Positions 21,288-31,210 are shown, numbered from the stretch's first letter. The stretch: DNA of 64,000 nucleotides from Thermoplasmatota archaeon (GCA_028279595.1 JANQNK010000003.1:92404-156403), one strand, 5' to 3'. Translations and numbers: made by a program. Notes: generated from the sequence alone by a model not told the origin.

Positions 21288-24200
21288 TGCACCGCCTCCT
21301 CTCCCTGGGCTAGTCTTGAATACATCTCAAGTTCCTTTAATAACTTGTCCTTGGAGAAGTCCTCCTTCTTCGTGATGGAGAGGACGTTCTCCCTCATCTC
21401 CTCGACCTCCCTGCGCGAGAGGTGCTTGGCCGTGAGTATCATTACTGGCACATCCCTGGTGGTGGGATCCTTCTTGAGCTCGGTGAGCACCTCGATACCG
21501 CTCATGTCGGGCATGATGAGGTCGAGAATCACGAGGTCCGGTCGCTCCTTGCGGACCATGTCCAGGCCCTCGACGCCCCCGTAGGCCTTCAGCACGCTGT
21601 AACCCTCCTTCTCGAGGATGGTCGAAACGAGCTTGACCGCCTGGGGCTGGTCGTCGACGACGAGCACGCGCATCGGTCCCTCCACCGGCTTGATGGAGAT
21701 CTTCTTGAGCCTGTCGAGGAGCTTGTCCTTCTCTATCGGCTTGACGAAGAAGTCGATCGCGCCCATGCTGATGCCCTTCGAGGTGTTCTCGAGGACTGAT
21801 ATGATGATTATCGGGATCTCGTTGGTCTCCGGCATGGATTTCAGACGCTTGAGGACGTTCCATCCGTTGATGTCCGGCAGGAGGATGTCCAGGAGTATGG
21901 CGAACGGCTCGAGCTGCTTGGCCTTCCTGATGCCAGACTCCCCGTCGATGGCCATGATGACGTCGTATCCTTCGTCCTCGAGGATGGTCTGCATCAGATG
22001 CCTCGTCTCCTCCGAATCGTCGATCACCAGCACCTTGCTCCTCTGTGTCGTCGGTTTCGAAAGGACGGGCGCTGGTTCAGGGATGCCGACCGGTCTTCCG
22101 ATGGCCTGGTCGAGCGGGGTCCCGCCCCTCGCCACCGGGCCCTGTGGCATGGTCTTCACCGGTTTCGGCGCGGGTTTCGATCCCTTTACCGGCTTCTCGA
22201 CCGCCTTCGGTCTCGGCTTCCTGGGTTCGGCCTTCGGCGCCGGTCTTGGCTTGGAGGCCTTCGGCGGTGGACCCGTCGGCCTCGGTCTCCTTATCTGTGT
22301 GGGCTTATCGAACGATAATGCTGGTGGTTCCTCGACCGTCCCTCTGGCGACCGGTCCTGCCTCGGCAGCCTCGTCGGCGAAGTTGTAGACGGGTTTCGCG
22401 ATCTCCTTCGGCACCTCAGGCACCGGGATAGGCTCTGGGACGGGTTCAGGTTCGGGTTCGGGTGCTGGCTGGATTTCCTCCATCGGCCCGACCGGCGTGG
22501 CAGCGGGCACCGTGAAGGAGAAGGTCGATCCAGCACCGACGACGCTCTTGAACCAGATCCGCCCGCCGTGGAGCTCGACCAGCTTCTTGGCCAATGGCAG
22601 TCCCAGGCCTGTTCCCTCGTGCTCCCTGGACACCGACATGTCGAGCTGAGTGAACTCCCTGAATATCGTCTCGTACTCGCTCTTCTTGATGCCGATACCG
22701 GTATCGATGACGTCTATGCGGACCATGTCCTTGACAGGTCTCGCCGTGACCCTGACCAGTCCGTACGACGGTGTGAACTTGATGGCATTGCTCATGAGGT
22801 TGTACAGGACCTGCTTGACCCTGAGGACATCGCCCTTGATCTTCGGAATGTTGTTGGGGATGTCGACGCTGAACGAGAGGCCCTTCTTGGTGTAGAGGGG
22901 CTTGACGATCTCCTGGACCTCGCGGACGTTCTCCTCGATGTCGAACACCTGGATGTGCAGGTCCATCCGGCCCGCCTCGATCTTGGACAGGTCCAGTATC
23001 TCGTTGATGAGCTCGAGCAGGTGCCGTCCCGCGCTGTGGATATCGTGAAGGAACTCCTCCTGCTGGGGCGTCAGGTCTCCGAACGAGCGGCTCATCAGGA
23101 CCTCGGAGAAGCCGATGATCGAGTTCAACGGGGTCCGGAGCTCGTGGGACATGTTCGCCAGGAACTCAGACTTGAGCTTGTCGGCACGGAGGAGCTTCCT
23201 GTTCAGCTCCGTCAGCTCCATGTTCATTCCCGAGAGCGAGCTCGTACGCTCCATGACCAGCGTCTCGAGTTCGGAGTACGACCTCACAAGTTCCCTGGTG
23301 AGACGGTTCAGCGAAATGGTCAGCTCACCGACCTCGTCCCTGGAACGCACCGGCAGTTCATACTTCTTGGAGGACTTCGGGCGCTTGCCGTCGGTCTTCG
23401 TCAGCGTGGTCATGATGCGGTTCGTGTTGTCGGTGAGTTCGGTGAGCGACCTCGTTATCTTCCTGACGAAGAGCCATGCGATGGCGCTGCCGATCACGGC
23501 GAATACGATTGTGAAGAATATGATCGCCTGTTCCAGGTCCCTTACCGGAGCCATGGCCTCGTCCTCGGGAACGACCACGCAGATCCCCCAACCCAGCTCG
23601 TCGAGGTACACGTATGCGCCCATCTCCCTCTGGCCGCTGATATCGTTCTGGAACGTCAACGTGCCGGATCCGCCCTCGAGGACCTCCTCGACGATCTCGA
23701 GGTCGCGGGCCGAGTCCAGGTCGTCTATCTCCTCCCTGTCCGGATGGGATATTATTCGTCCCTGGTAGTCCACGAAGAAGATGTAACCGTCGCTGCCGAC
23801 CTTGATGTTCTGGATGGTCTCGTCTATGAAGTCCAGCGAGAGGACGCCGTTGAGGACGCCGATGACCTCGCCGTCATCTATCACCGGTGAAGATAGGAAT
23901 ATCGTCGGGACACCGTTCTCGTTCCCTGGAGCCAATTCATCCGGCAGTACCTTGAACATGATCATCGGTGTCTTCGTCGTTATCACGGTATCAAGGAAGC
24001 TGAGGTCCTCCGTTATCCCGGCTGCATTGAAGGGATGCCTGTGCCTGATGACCTTCGAGGTGTCGAGTACCTCGATGAAGTAGTACGTCCCGTACGCATT
24101 GTACAGGCTCTCGAACTTGGTCTCGAACGTCGTCAGGTTCCATTCCCCGACAGCGGCGATGAACTCGGGGGAATCGGCCACGGAGACGATGTCTCCGAGG

Positions 24201-24409
24201 GACCCGTTGATGAAGCTCGCGATCCAATATCCGTTGTTGCGGGCGATCTCGAGGTTCCTCTCGTTGGTCTCCTCCCGGATGTTGTCGGAGAACTCGCGGT
24301 GGGTGAAGTAACCGAGGGTACCGATGGTAACTGTGATGAATGCGATGAACACAACGACCATCTTCAGTTTCATAGACTTGCGCAGGACCACCGTCTCACC
24401 CTTCTCCAC
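21284..24409 (-). CDS. Hybrid sensor histidine kinase (TM, Cache-like ectodomain, TM, HAMP, HisKA, HATPase, long Pro/Lys linker, two receivers)
   Basis: 1041 aa. H-box SHELRTPLNSI. N/G boxes LMSNAIKFT, DTGIGI, GTGLGL. Two REC domains at the C-terminus (VLVIDDSEE...LLDILLPDINGW and VLVVDDQPQ...ILDLIMPDMSG). The start is GTG 24409 or ATG 24373 (MKLKMVVVF). Confidence 0.88.
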   Translation of the reverse strand: MEKGETVVLRKSMKLKMVVVFIAFITVTIGTLGYFTHREFSDNIREETNERNLEIARNNGYWIASFINGSLGDIVSVADSPEFIAAVGEWNLTTFETKFESLYNAYGTYYFIEVLDTSKVIRHRHPFNAAGITEDLSFLDTVITTKTPMIMFKVLPDELAPGNENGVPTIFLSSPVIDDGEVIGVLNGVLSLDFIDETIQNIKVGSDGYIFFVDYQGRIISHPDREEIDDLDSARDLEIVEEVLEGGSGTLTFQNDISGQREMGAYVYLDELGWGICVVVPEDEAMAPVRDLEQAIIFFTIVFAVIGSAIAWLFVRKITRSLTELTDNTNRIMTTLTKTDGKRPKSSKKYELPVRSRDEVGELTISLNRLTRELVRSYSELETLVMERTSSLSGMNMELTELNRKLLRADKLKSEFLANMSHELRTPLNSIIGFSEVLMSRSFGDLTPQQEEFLHDIHSAGRHLLELINEILDLSKIEAGRMDLHIQVFDIEENVREVQEIVKPLYTKKGLSFSVDIPNNIPKIKGDVLRVKQVLYNLMSNAIKFTPSYGLVRVTARPVKDMVRIDVIDTGIGIKKSEYETIFREFTQLDMSVSREHEGTGLGLPLAKKLVELHGGRIWFKSVVGAGSTFSFTVPAATPVGPMEEIQPAPEPEPEPVPEPIPVPEVPKEIAKPVYNFADEAAEAGPVARGTVEEPPALSFDKPTQIRRPRPTGPPPKASKPRPAPKAEPRKPRPKAVEKPVKGSKPAPKPVKTMPQGPVARGGTPLDQAIGRPVGIPEPAPVLSKPTTQRSKVLVIDDSEETRHLMQTILEDEGYDVIMAIDGESGIRKAKQLEPFAILLDILLPDINGWNVLKRLKSMPETNEIPIIIISVLENTSKGISMGAIDFFVKPIEKDKLLDRLKKISIKPVEGPMRVLVVDDQPQAVKLVSTILEKEGYSVLKAYGGVEGLDMVRKERPDLVILDLIMPDMSGIEVLTELKKDPTTRDVPVMILTAKHLSRREVEEMRENVLSITKKEDFSKDKLLKELEMYSRLAQGEEAVQ

Positions 24410-24435
24410 CAGACAAAGGATATAGATTCTTCACA

Positions 24436-24443
24436 TATTTATA
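24436..24443 (-). promoter_or_regulatory. TATA box candidate for the histidine kinase/response regulator operon
   Basis: Minus-sense TATAAATA, 27 nt upstream of GTG 24409. Confidence 0.4.
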
Positions 24444-24458
24444 CTCGCCGATAGGCCC

Positions 24459-24494
24459 GAAACTGCCTAAAACGGCAGTTTTCTTTATAAAAAA
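24459..24494 (-). terminator. T6 tract plus hairpin between the CheY-like gene and the kinase promoter
   Basis: Minus-sense GCTTTTTTATAAAG, then GAAAACTGCC-GTTTTA-GGCAGTTTC (8-9 bp stem). Confidence 0.4.
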
Positions 24495-24565
24495 GCACGA
24501 TTTGGGCATTTTTCTGATTTCGAGTGGAAAAATGGGTCTTAAAATGTCGGATATTGGAGAGAAGG

Positions 24566-24937
24566 TCACTGTCCGAGGAACTTCTTGACGAGGTTCGGGA
24601 ATTCGACCGTGTCGATGGGCTTCGGTATGTACCCGACGCAGCCCGCCGCATGGGCCTTCTGCTCGTCACCCCGCATGGCGTGGGCGGTGAGCGCGACGAT
24701 GGGGATCCCGGACGTCTTAGGGTCCTCCTTGAGCATCTTCGTCAGCGTCAGGCCGTCCATCTTGGGGAGCTGTATGTCCATGAGGATGAGGTCGAAGTCC
24801 CTGTACTTGAGGATCTCGATGGCCTCCTCGGCGTTGAGCGCCTCCGTGACGACATATTCCTGCTGTTCCAGAAGTATGCGGACCAGCTTGAGGTTCATCA
24901 CGTTGTCCTCGACCACCAGAACGTTCTCGCCTGACAT
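24566..24937 (-). CDS. Single-domain CheY-like response regulator
   Basis: 123 aa. VLVVEDNVMN...ILMDIQLPKMDG...ALTAHAM...YIPKP. Confidence 0.88.
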   Translation of the reverse strand: MSGENVLVVEDNVMNLKLVRILLEQQEYVVTEALNAEEAIEILKYRDFDLILMDIQLPKMDGLTLTKMLKEDPKTSGIPIVALTAHAMRGDEQKAHAAGCVGYIPKPIDTVEFPNLVKKFLGQ

Positions 24938-25087
24938 ACTGGTCCCATATCCAGGACACTGCTAATAATAGTTTGCATGTTGATAATCCGCTAACGATGG
25001 CGACGGAACTCACCAGTGTCGTCTCGGCCGGGCATGGTATCACGCCGACCCCAATATCACCTGTCGCCGGAGCTTGGCCACGCATAA

Positions 25088-25096
25088 TTATTATAA
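25088..25096 (+). promoter_or_regulatory. TATA box candidate, leaderless-type spacing, NSS transporter operon
   Basis: TTATTATAA ends 22 nt before ATG 25118. Confidence 0.4.
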
Positions 25097-25117
25097 CTGG
25101 AACCATGCTTCGGGGTC

Positions 25118-26632
25118 ATGGAGGAGGTAGAGGTAGCTGAGGAGGAGCGCGACCACTGGTCGGGCAGGCTCCCCTTCATCCTCGCGGCCATGGGATCGGC
25201 CATCGGCCTCGGGAATGTTTGGCGTTTCCCCTACATCGCCTATGAGAACGGCGGCGGCGCCTTCCTCATACCCTACTTCATCGCCCTCCTGACCACTGGC
25301 ATTCCATTGATGGCACTGGAGTTCGGTCTCGGCTACAAGTTCCTTTCCGGAGCGCCGAAGGCGTTCTCGATGGTCGATCGCCGGTTGGCATGGGTCGGCT
25401 GGCTTTCCATATTCCTGGGATTCCTGATCCTATCGTTCTACACGGTCATTATGGCATGGGCCCTGATCTACATGTTCTTCTCGTTCGACTCTTCCTGGGG
25501 TTCCACCCCCCACGAGATCGAGGGCTTCTTCTTCAACGATTTCCTGAACATAAGCAGCGGACCCACCGTCATCGGCGGCTTCCAGCCCATGATATTCGTT
25601 GGTCTTATCGTCATCTGGATCTGCATCTACCTCATACTCAACAAGGGCGTCCAGAGGGTCGGGAAGGTCGTCCTGATAACGGTTCCCCTTCCGATCATCC
25701 TTCTCATCATCCTGTTCATCCGCGGTATCACATTGCCAGGCGCCATGGACGGGATCGAATACTATCTCACTCCGGACTCGTCCAAGTTGGGCGACGCCAA
25801 CGTCTGGCTGGCGGCCTACGGTCAGATATTCTTCACACTGAGCCTCGCCCAGGGCGTCATGATAGCGTACGCTTCGTATCTTCCGAAGAAATCGGAGATC
25901 ATGAACAATGCGACGATCATCAGCCTGGCCAACTGCGGGACGTCGTTCTTCGCAGGGCTTGTCGTCTTCAGCATCCTGGGTTTCGTCCAGCACGAGACCG
26001 GGCAGCCCATAGGTTCGGGCGCCTCCGGCCCCCATCTGGCCTTCATCACCTACCCGATAGCCATCTCCCAGATGGGCGGAGCCTCCGCTCTCTTCGGAGT
26101 CATATTCTTCCTCATGTTGCTCACCCTCGGGATCGACTCCGCGTTCTCCATGGTGGAGGCGCTGACGGCCGGGCTCGAGGACCTCGGATGGGAGCACGAG
26201 AAGGCGGTCCGATTCTTCGTGATAATCGGACTCTCCATCGGCCTGCTCTTCGTCACGAGCGTATCCTTCTGGTTGATCCACCTCATAGACCACTTTGCCG
26301 TTGGCATCGGGATCGTGATAGTCGGACTGATAGAGGTTCTGGTCATAGGGTACGTGATGAAACCGGAGGAGCTGCGTGAGTTCATCAACGAGCACTCCGA
26401 GGTCAAGATCGGGTACTGGTGGGACGCGATGATCAGGTACGTGACCCCCATCATCCTGATATTCATCATCGTCTGGACCCTCAAGGACGGCTTCGAGTTC
26501 ACCGGGGAGAGCGTCCCCAACAATGTGGTCGAATATCCGCCATGGTTGGTGTTCGCCGGTGGTTATGGGCTCATATTCGTCCTGGTGATCGCCGCGCTGT
26601 ACATGCAGAGGAGGTTCACCGAATGGCACTAA
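25118..26632 (+). CDS. Sodium-dependent transporter, neurotransmitter:sodium symporter (SLC6/NSS) family
   Basis: 504 aa. RDHWSGRLPFILAAMGSAIGLGNVWRFPYIAYENGGGAFLIPY. Polytopic. Confidence 0.92.
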   Translation: MEEVEVAEEERDHWSGRLPFILAAMGSAIGLGNVWRFPYIAYENGGGAFLIPYFIALLTTGIPLMALEFGLGYKFLSGAPKAFSMVDRRLAWVGWLSIFLGFLILSFYTVIMAWALIYMFFSFDSSWGSTPHEIEGFFFNDFLNISSGPTVIGGFQPMIFVGLIVIWICIYLILNKGVQRVGKVVLITVPLPIILLIILFIRGITLPGAMDGIEYYLTPDSSKLGDANVWLAAYGQIFFTLSLAQGVMIAYASYLPKKSEIMNNATIISLANCGTSFFAGLVVFSILGFVQHETGQPIGSGASGPHLAFITYPIAISQMGGASALFGVIFFLMLLTLGIDSAFSMVEALTAGLEDLGWEHEKAVRFFVIIGLSIGLLFVTSVSFWLIHLIDHFAVGIGIVIVGLIEVLVIGYVMKPEELREFINEHSEVKIGYWWDAMIRYVTPIILIFIIVWTLKDGFEFTGESVPNNVVEYPPWLVFAGGYGLIFVLVIAALYMQRRFTEWH

Positions 26633-27276
26633 CGGGCGGCGCGGTGGCGATGCTGCTCTTCGCATGCTTCATCCTCTACGGAGGTCTGCTGTACTTCATG
26701 CTCATAGCCATGGGCCGCGACCCGATCATGATGCTCCCGGACCCGCTCCGCGGTTTCTTCATGGTCCCGTGGAACCGGTACGGAACGGTCCTCCTGGTGG
26801 CGCTAGTGCTGATCGTCCCGGCCCTGGCGTCGGAGGGGATCGACGAGGACGGAGGATACTCCGATGGCCCGAGCGGCGACGAGATCAAGACGATAGACAT
26901 CCCAGAGGATGGTTATCTGGACGAGGGTGAGAACGATACCTACGATCCCGATCAGGGTTACGTCATGAAAGCGTGGTTCAATCTAACGTGGACCGACGAG
27001 GATCCGCCCATAGGACGGACAAATGAGCCAGATGAATTTAATCTGGAGGTCATCGCGCCGAACGGTGAATCCAGGAGCGACTCGGCATCCAACAGCGTTG
27101 GCGGTGATGGTAGCGTCAGCATCGGTGTCGATGTGGATGGCAATATGGGCGGAAGGTGGTACGTCATCGTGACCATGGTCGAGGCTGGGGACAATACCGA
27201 ACCCTCGGGCTACCTCACGGTCGAGGACGACGGCAACGATTACGACCTCGACATGTGGTTCAAGTACGTCGAATGA
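26623..27276 (+). CDS. Membrane protein: MetS-like NSS small-subunit-type N-terminus fused to a secreted acidic domain
   Basis: Track ORF 26419..27276 trimmed to ATG 26623, which overlaps the transporter stop (26630-26632) by 10 nt. N-terminus MALTGGAVAMLLFACFILYGGLLYFMLIAMGR, then a second TM. The following ectodomain has blocks LTWTDE, NEPDEFNLEV, WYVIVTMVEAGDN and EDDGNDYDL, shared with 61712..62311. Confidence 0.65.
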   Translation: MALTGGAVAMLLFACFILYGGLLYFMLIAMGRDPIMMLPDPLRGFFMVPWNRYGTVLLVALVLIVPALASEGIDEDGGYSDGPSGDEIKTIDIPEDGYLDEGENDTYDPDQGYVMKAWFNLTWTDEDPPIGRTNEPDEFNLEVIAPNGESRSDSASNSVGGDGSVSIGVDVDGNMGGRWYVIVTMVEAGDNTEPSGYLTVEDDGNDYDLDMWFKYVE

Positions 27277-27397
27277 ACCGTTCCGGGTACACGCATTGAC
27301 GCGGCCGCCGGGCTTCTGTAACATGTCCATGGAAAGGTTAATTAACCGATTGGGTCATCTCCCGACACGGAGGCCACATGGCCCCCGGGGGCAATCA

Positions 27398-28228
27398 ATG
27401 GTCAGAATCGAAGATGGGGTAATCGAGGCTCTTGAGGAGAGGGCCAGACAGATCCGGCGGCACATCGTCGAGTCCATCTATCATGCTAAATCCGGGCATC
27501 CCGGAGGCTCGCTTTCTGCCACCGATGTCATCACCGCGCTCTACTTCGACGTCATGGAACATCGCCCCGAGGACCCCTCCTGGGAGGACAGGGACTACTT
27601 CGTCCTCAGCAAGGGTCACGCAGCCCCGGCGCAGTACGCGGCGCTTGCACTCAACGGCTACTTCCCAGTGGAGGACCTCAACACCCTGAGGAAGCTCGAC
27701 AGCCATCTGCAGGGCCATCCGGACATGCTCAAGACCCCCGGCGTCGAGGCGTCGACGGGCTCCCTCGGACAGGGGATATCGATCGCCGCCGGTATCGCTG
27801 CGGCGATGAAGATCGACGGCAAGGACGGCCACGTCTACTCGATGATGGGCGACGGCGAACTGGAGGAGGGACAGGTCTGGGAAGCGGCCCTATTCGCCGC
27901 TCACAACGGTCTCGACAACCTGGTCGGGATCGTCGACCGCAACAGGCTACAGATCGACGGCTGTACCGAGGACGTCATGTGCCTTGAACCACTTCCTGCC
28001 AAGTGGAAGGCGTTCGGGTGGCACGTCATCGAGATCGACGGCCATAACATGCGCGAGATCCTCTCCGCGCTCTACCAGGCCAGGGACCAGGCGGACAAGC
28101 CGACGGTCATCATATCGAACACGATCAAGGGCAAGGGGATCTCATTCATGGAGAATTCCCTCAATTTCCACGGAAAGGCTCCCAATGAGGAGGAGTACCA
28201 TCGGGCGATGGAGGAGCTGGGTGATTGA
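27398..28228 (+). CDS. Transketolase, N-terminal (TPP-binding) subunit
   Basis: Trimmed from 27296 to ATG 27398 (MVRIEDGVIEALEERARQIRRHIV). SGHPGGSLSATDVITALYF, GSLGQGISIAAG, MMGDGELEEGQVWEA. Confidence 0.92.
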   Translation: MVRIEDGVIEALEERARQIRRHIVESIYHAKSGHPGGSLSATDVITALYFDVMEHRPEDPSWEDRDYFVLSKGHAAPAQYAALALNGYFPVEDLNTLRKLDSHLQGHPDMLKTPGVEASTGSLGQGISIAAGIAAAMKIDGKDGHVYSMMGDGELEEGQVWEAALFAAHNGLDNLVGIVDRNRLQIDGCTEDVMCLEPLPAKWKAFGWHVIEIDGHNMREILSALYQARDQADKPTVIISNTIKGKGISFMENSLNFHGKAPNEEEYHRAMEELGD

Positions 28229-29170
28229 ATGGTACTGATGGAGAGTCCCAGGGTGGCGTTCGGCGAGACCCTCGTCGAACTCGGCAAGGAGCACGAGGAG
28301 ATCGTGTCCCTAGGAGCCGACCTCTCTTCATCCACCAAGACCTCGTTCTTCGACGATGTCTTCCCGAAGAGGTTCTTCAACTGCGGGATCGCCGAGGCGA
28401 ACATGATGGGCGCCGCCGCTGGAATGGCGATAGCGGGCAAGGTCCCGTTCCCGAGCACATTCGCGGTATTCGCCACCGGCAGGGTCTACGACCAGATCCG
28501 GCAGTCCATTGCGTATCCCAATCTGGATGTGAAGATAGTAGCCACTCACGCCGGCATCACCGTCGGCGGCGACGGCGCTTCCCACCAGATCAACGAGGAC
28601 ATCGCCCTGATGTCCGTCCTGCCGAACATGCAGGTCATCGTCCCCGGCGACGCCCTCGAGACGCGGAAGGTCGTCCGGGCCGCCTACGAGAACCCGGGAC
28701 CCATGTACATCCGCCTTTCCCGGACGGACATGCCGAGGGTCACGGACGAAGAGACCCCGTTCGAGATCGGCAAGATGGCCGTCCTCAGGGACGGCGAGGA
28801 CATCACTCTCATGAGCACTGGCCTCATGGTCGAGCGCTGCCTGGAGGCGGCCGATAGGCTGAAGAAGATGGACATCGACGCTGCCGTCATCAACGTCTCC
28901 ACGGTCAAGCCGCTCGACAAGAAGACACTGTTGAAGTACGCAATGAAGACCGGCGCCGTTCTGACCGCCGAGGAGCACAACGTCCTCCTCGGGATCGGTT
29001 CCATCATCGCGACATCGCTCGTCGAATCGTATCCCGTGCCTCTCAAACGGATCGGGATACCCGATATCTTCTCCAGATCGGGCGAGTCGGAGGAGCTGAT
29101 GCAGATGTTCGGACTCACCGCCGAGCACGTGGTCGAGGAGGCCGTGGACCTAGTGAAGGTGAAATATTGA
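28229..29170 (+). CDS. Transketolase, C-terminal (pyrimidine-binding) subunit
   Basis: 313 aa. [30 protein letters not shown]. The start abuts the upstream stop. Confidence 0.92.
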   Translation: MVLMESPRVAFGETLVELGKEHEEIVSLGADLSSSTKTSFFDDVFPKRFFNCGIAEANMMGAAAGMAIAGKVPFPSTFAVFATGRVYDQIRQSIAYPNLDVKIVATHAGITVGGDGASHQINEDIALMSVLPNMQVIVPGDALETRKVVRAAYENPGPMYIRLSRTDMPRVTDEETPFEIGKMAVLRDGEDITLMSTGLMVERCLEAADRLKKMDIDAAVINVSTVKPLDKKTLLKYAMKTGAVLTAEEHNVLLGIGSIIATSLVESYPVPLKRIGIPDIFSRSGESEELMQMFGLTAEHVVEEAVDLVKVKY

Positions 29171-29802
29171 GGATATTCCTTGACACAGCGAATGTTGACG
29201 AGATAGAGGAAGCCGGGACATGGGGGATACTCGACGGCGTTACGACGAACCCCACCCTTATCGCACGTGAGGGGAGGGACCTCCAGGAGGTCATCCAGGA
29301 GATATGCGCGATCGTCGACGGTCCGATAAGCGCGGAGGTCATCTCGATGGAGGCCGACGGCATGGTGACCGAGGCCAGGGAGCTCGCGAAGCTCCACCCC
29401 AACGTCGTCATCAAGATCCCGATGTGCACGGAGGGACTGAAGGCGACCAGGGCTCTTGCGGACGAGAACATCTCCACGAACGTCACCCTCGTCTTCAGCA
29501 CCAGCCAGGCCCTGCTGGCCGCGAAGGCCGGGGCGACCTACGTCAGTCCGTTCGTCGGAAGGCTGGACGACAACAGCCACGTCGGCATGGACATAATTCG
29601 CGACATCGCTGCGATCTTCGAGATATACGGCTATTCGACCCAGATAATCGTCGCATCCATCAGGAACCCGAACCACGTGGTCGAGGCCGCCCTCGCGGGT
29701 GCGCACATCAGCACCATCCCGTTCGGCGTCCTTAAGAAGATGGTCACACACCCGCTCACGGACATTGGCATCGAGAAGTTCCTCGGCGACGCCAAGAGGT
29801 GA
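29167..29802 (+). CDS. tal: Transaldolase / fructose-6-phosphate aldolase family (short TalC/Fsa type)
   Basis: 211 aa. TTG start in a TTGA overlap with the previous stop. [36 protein letters not shown] (Schiff-base Lys context), SPFVGR. Confidence 0.9.
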   Translation: MRIFLDTANVDEIEEAGTWGILDGVTTNPTLIAREGRDLQEVIQEICAIVDGPISAEVISMEADGMVTEARELAKLHPNVVIKIPMCTEGLKATRALADENISTNVTLVFSTSQALLAAKAGATYVSPFVGRLDDNSHVGMDIIRDIAAIFEIYGYSTQIIVASIRNPNHVVEAALAGAHISTIPFGVLKKMVTHPLTDIGIEKFLGDAKR

Positions 29803-29812
29803 TCCGGACTTG

Positions 29813-31210
29813 ATGACCTTCCGTGAAGTGAAGGTTCTGGACGTCAACAGTGAGATACACGGCATTCCGGCAGCCATGCTCATGGAGAACGCTGGCCGAG
29901 GTATCGCCCGTTTCGTTCTCGAGGAATATTCTCCATCCAGTGTCCTGATCATCTGCGGTCCGGGCAACAACGGAGGCGACGGGTACGTCGCTGGCCGGCG
30001 CCTTTCAGAGGAGGGCGTCGACGTTGTCCTCCTTCCCGTGAGGGAGCCGTCCACCGACCTGGCGATCGATTCTGCCGAGAAGGCCGACCCCCACTTCCGG
30101 GCCATCGACATCGACGTTCTGGAGGCCGAGGCCGGGAACGCTGACGTGATAATCGATGCGATGCTCGGGGTCGGCGTCTCCGGAGACCTCAGGGAGCCTT
30201 ACGGAAGGATCGCCGAGCTCCTGAACCTGATCGAGACGCCAGTGGTCTCGGTGGACGTCCCGACTGGTATGGGGACCGATGGGGGCGTCCGACCGGACGT
30301 CACCCTCACATTCCACGACGTCAAGGAGGGCATGGATGGTCTGGACCGGATCGAGGTCATCGATATAGGGATCCCGAGGAAGGCATCGCTCTTCACCGGA
30401 CCTGGTGAACTGACGCTCATCCCCTCGCGGAGGACCGATGCCCACAAGGGATCGTCCGGAAAGGTGCTCGTGATCGGAGGAGGCCCGTTCACCGGTGCAC
30501 CCGCCCTTGCGGCCATGTCGGTACTCAGGACGGGATGCGACCTCGCCGTCGTGGCGGCACCAGCCTCCGCAGCCGGGGTCATCGCGGAGTTCAGCCCGAA
30601 CATCATCGTGCGATCCCTCCCGGGCGAGATCATCACCGGGGAGAGCATCGGTCCGCTGGAAGAGATGATCGGAGGGTTCGACGCCGTGGTCATCGGTCCT
30701 GGCATGGGGGACGATCCCGCTTCCGTCGACGCTGCCAGGGCCATCGTCGCAAGGATCGTCGACGCAGGCAAGCCGTTCATCGTCGACGCCGATGCCCTCA
30801 GGATCTACATAGGATCAAAACCCCGCGGGAACGGTGTCATCACACCCCACATGGGTGAGTTCCGGAGGATGGTCGGCGAGGGGAAGCAGGTCGAGCTCGC
30901 CCGTAACCTCGTTTCGGACTCCAACATGGTCCTCCTCCTGAAGGGGGTCGAGGACCTCATATGCAGCAGTGACCGCGTTATCCGGAACACCACCGGCAAT
31001 CCCGGAATGACCGTCGGTGGAACGGGAGACGTGCTCGCCGGAGCCGTCGGTGGACTTCTCGCACTGGGCCTGGAACCCTTCGACGCTGCCAGGGTTGCCG
31101 CTTACGTCGTCGGGTCGGCCGGCGACATCGCATTCGAGGAGTACGGCAACTCATTGCTCGCCACCGACATCATCGAGACGATGCCCGTCGCGCTGAAGGG
31201 GTCGAGATGA
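29813..31210 (+). CDS. nnr: Bifunctional NAD(P)H-hydrate repair enzyme Nnr (epimerase plus ADP-dependent dehydratase)
   Basis: Trimmed from 29699 to ATG 29813. YjeF-N: ICGPGNNGGDG. C-terminal kinase-like: HKGSSGKVLVIGG, GNPGMTVGGTGDVLAG. Confidence 0.88.
   Translation: MTFREVKVLDVNSEIHGIPAAMLMENAGRGIARFVLEEYSPSSVLIICGPGNNGGDGYVAGRRLSEEGVDVVLLPVREPSTDLAIDSAEKADPHFRAIDIDVLEAEAGNADVIIDAMLGVGVSGDLREPYGRIAELLNLIETPVVSVDVPTGMGTDGGVRPDVTLTFHDVKEGMDGLDRIEVIDIGIPRKASLFTGPGELTLIPSRRTDAHKGSSGKVLVIGGGPFTGAPALAAMSVLRTGCDLAVVAAPASAAGVIAEFSPNIIVRSLPGEIITGESIGPLEEMIGGFDAVVIGPGMGDDPASVDAARAIVARIVDAGKPFIVDADALRIYIGSKPRGNGVITPHMGEFRRMVGEGKQVELARNLVSDSNMVLLLKGVEDLICSSDRVIRNTTGNPGMTVGGTGDVLAGAVGGLLALGLEPFDAARVAAYVVGSAGDIAFEEYGNSLLATDIIETMPVALKGSR

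Noticed and set aside
22568-23890. 440-aa plus-strand ORF inside the histidine kinase gene
   Set aside because: It is antisense to readable HisKA/HATPase motifs. Leu/Val/Asp/Glu/Arg-rich antisense signature.
25390-26665. ORFs 25390..26379 (plus) and 25430..26665 (minus) overlapping the NSS transporter
   Set aside because: The transporter frame gives a coherent 12-TM-like hydrophobic protein with the GLGNVWRFPY motif. The alternatives are charged, repetitive shadows.
28684-30111. 475-aa minus-strand ORF across the transketolase, transaldolase and nnr genes
   Set aside because: It is antisense to three recognised genes and spans their junctions. Ser/Arg/Pro-rich.
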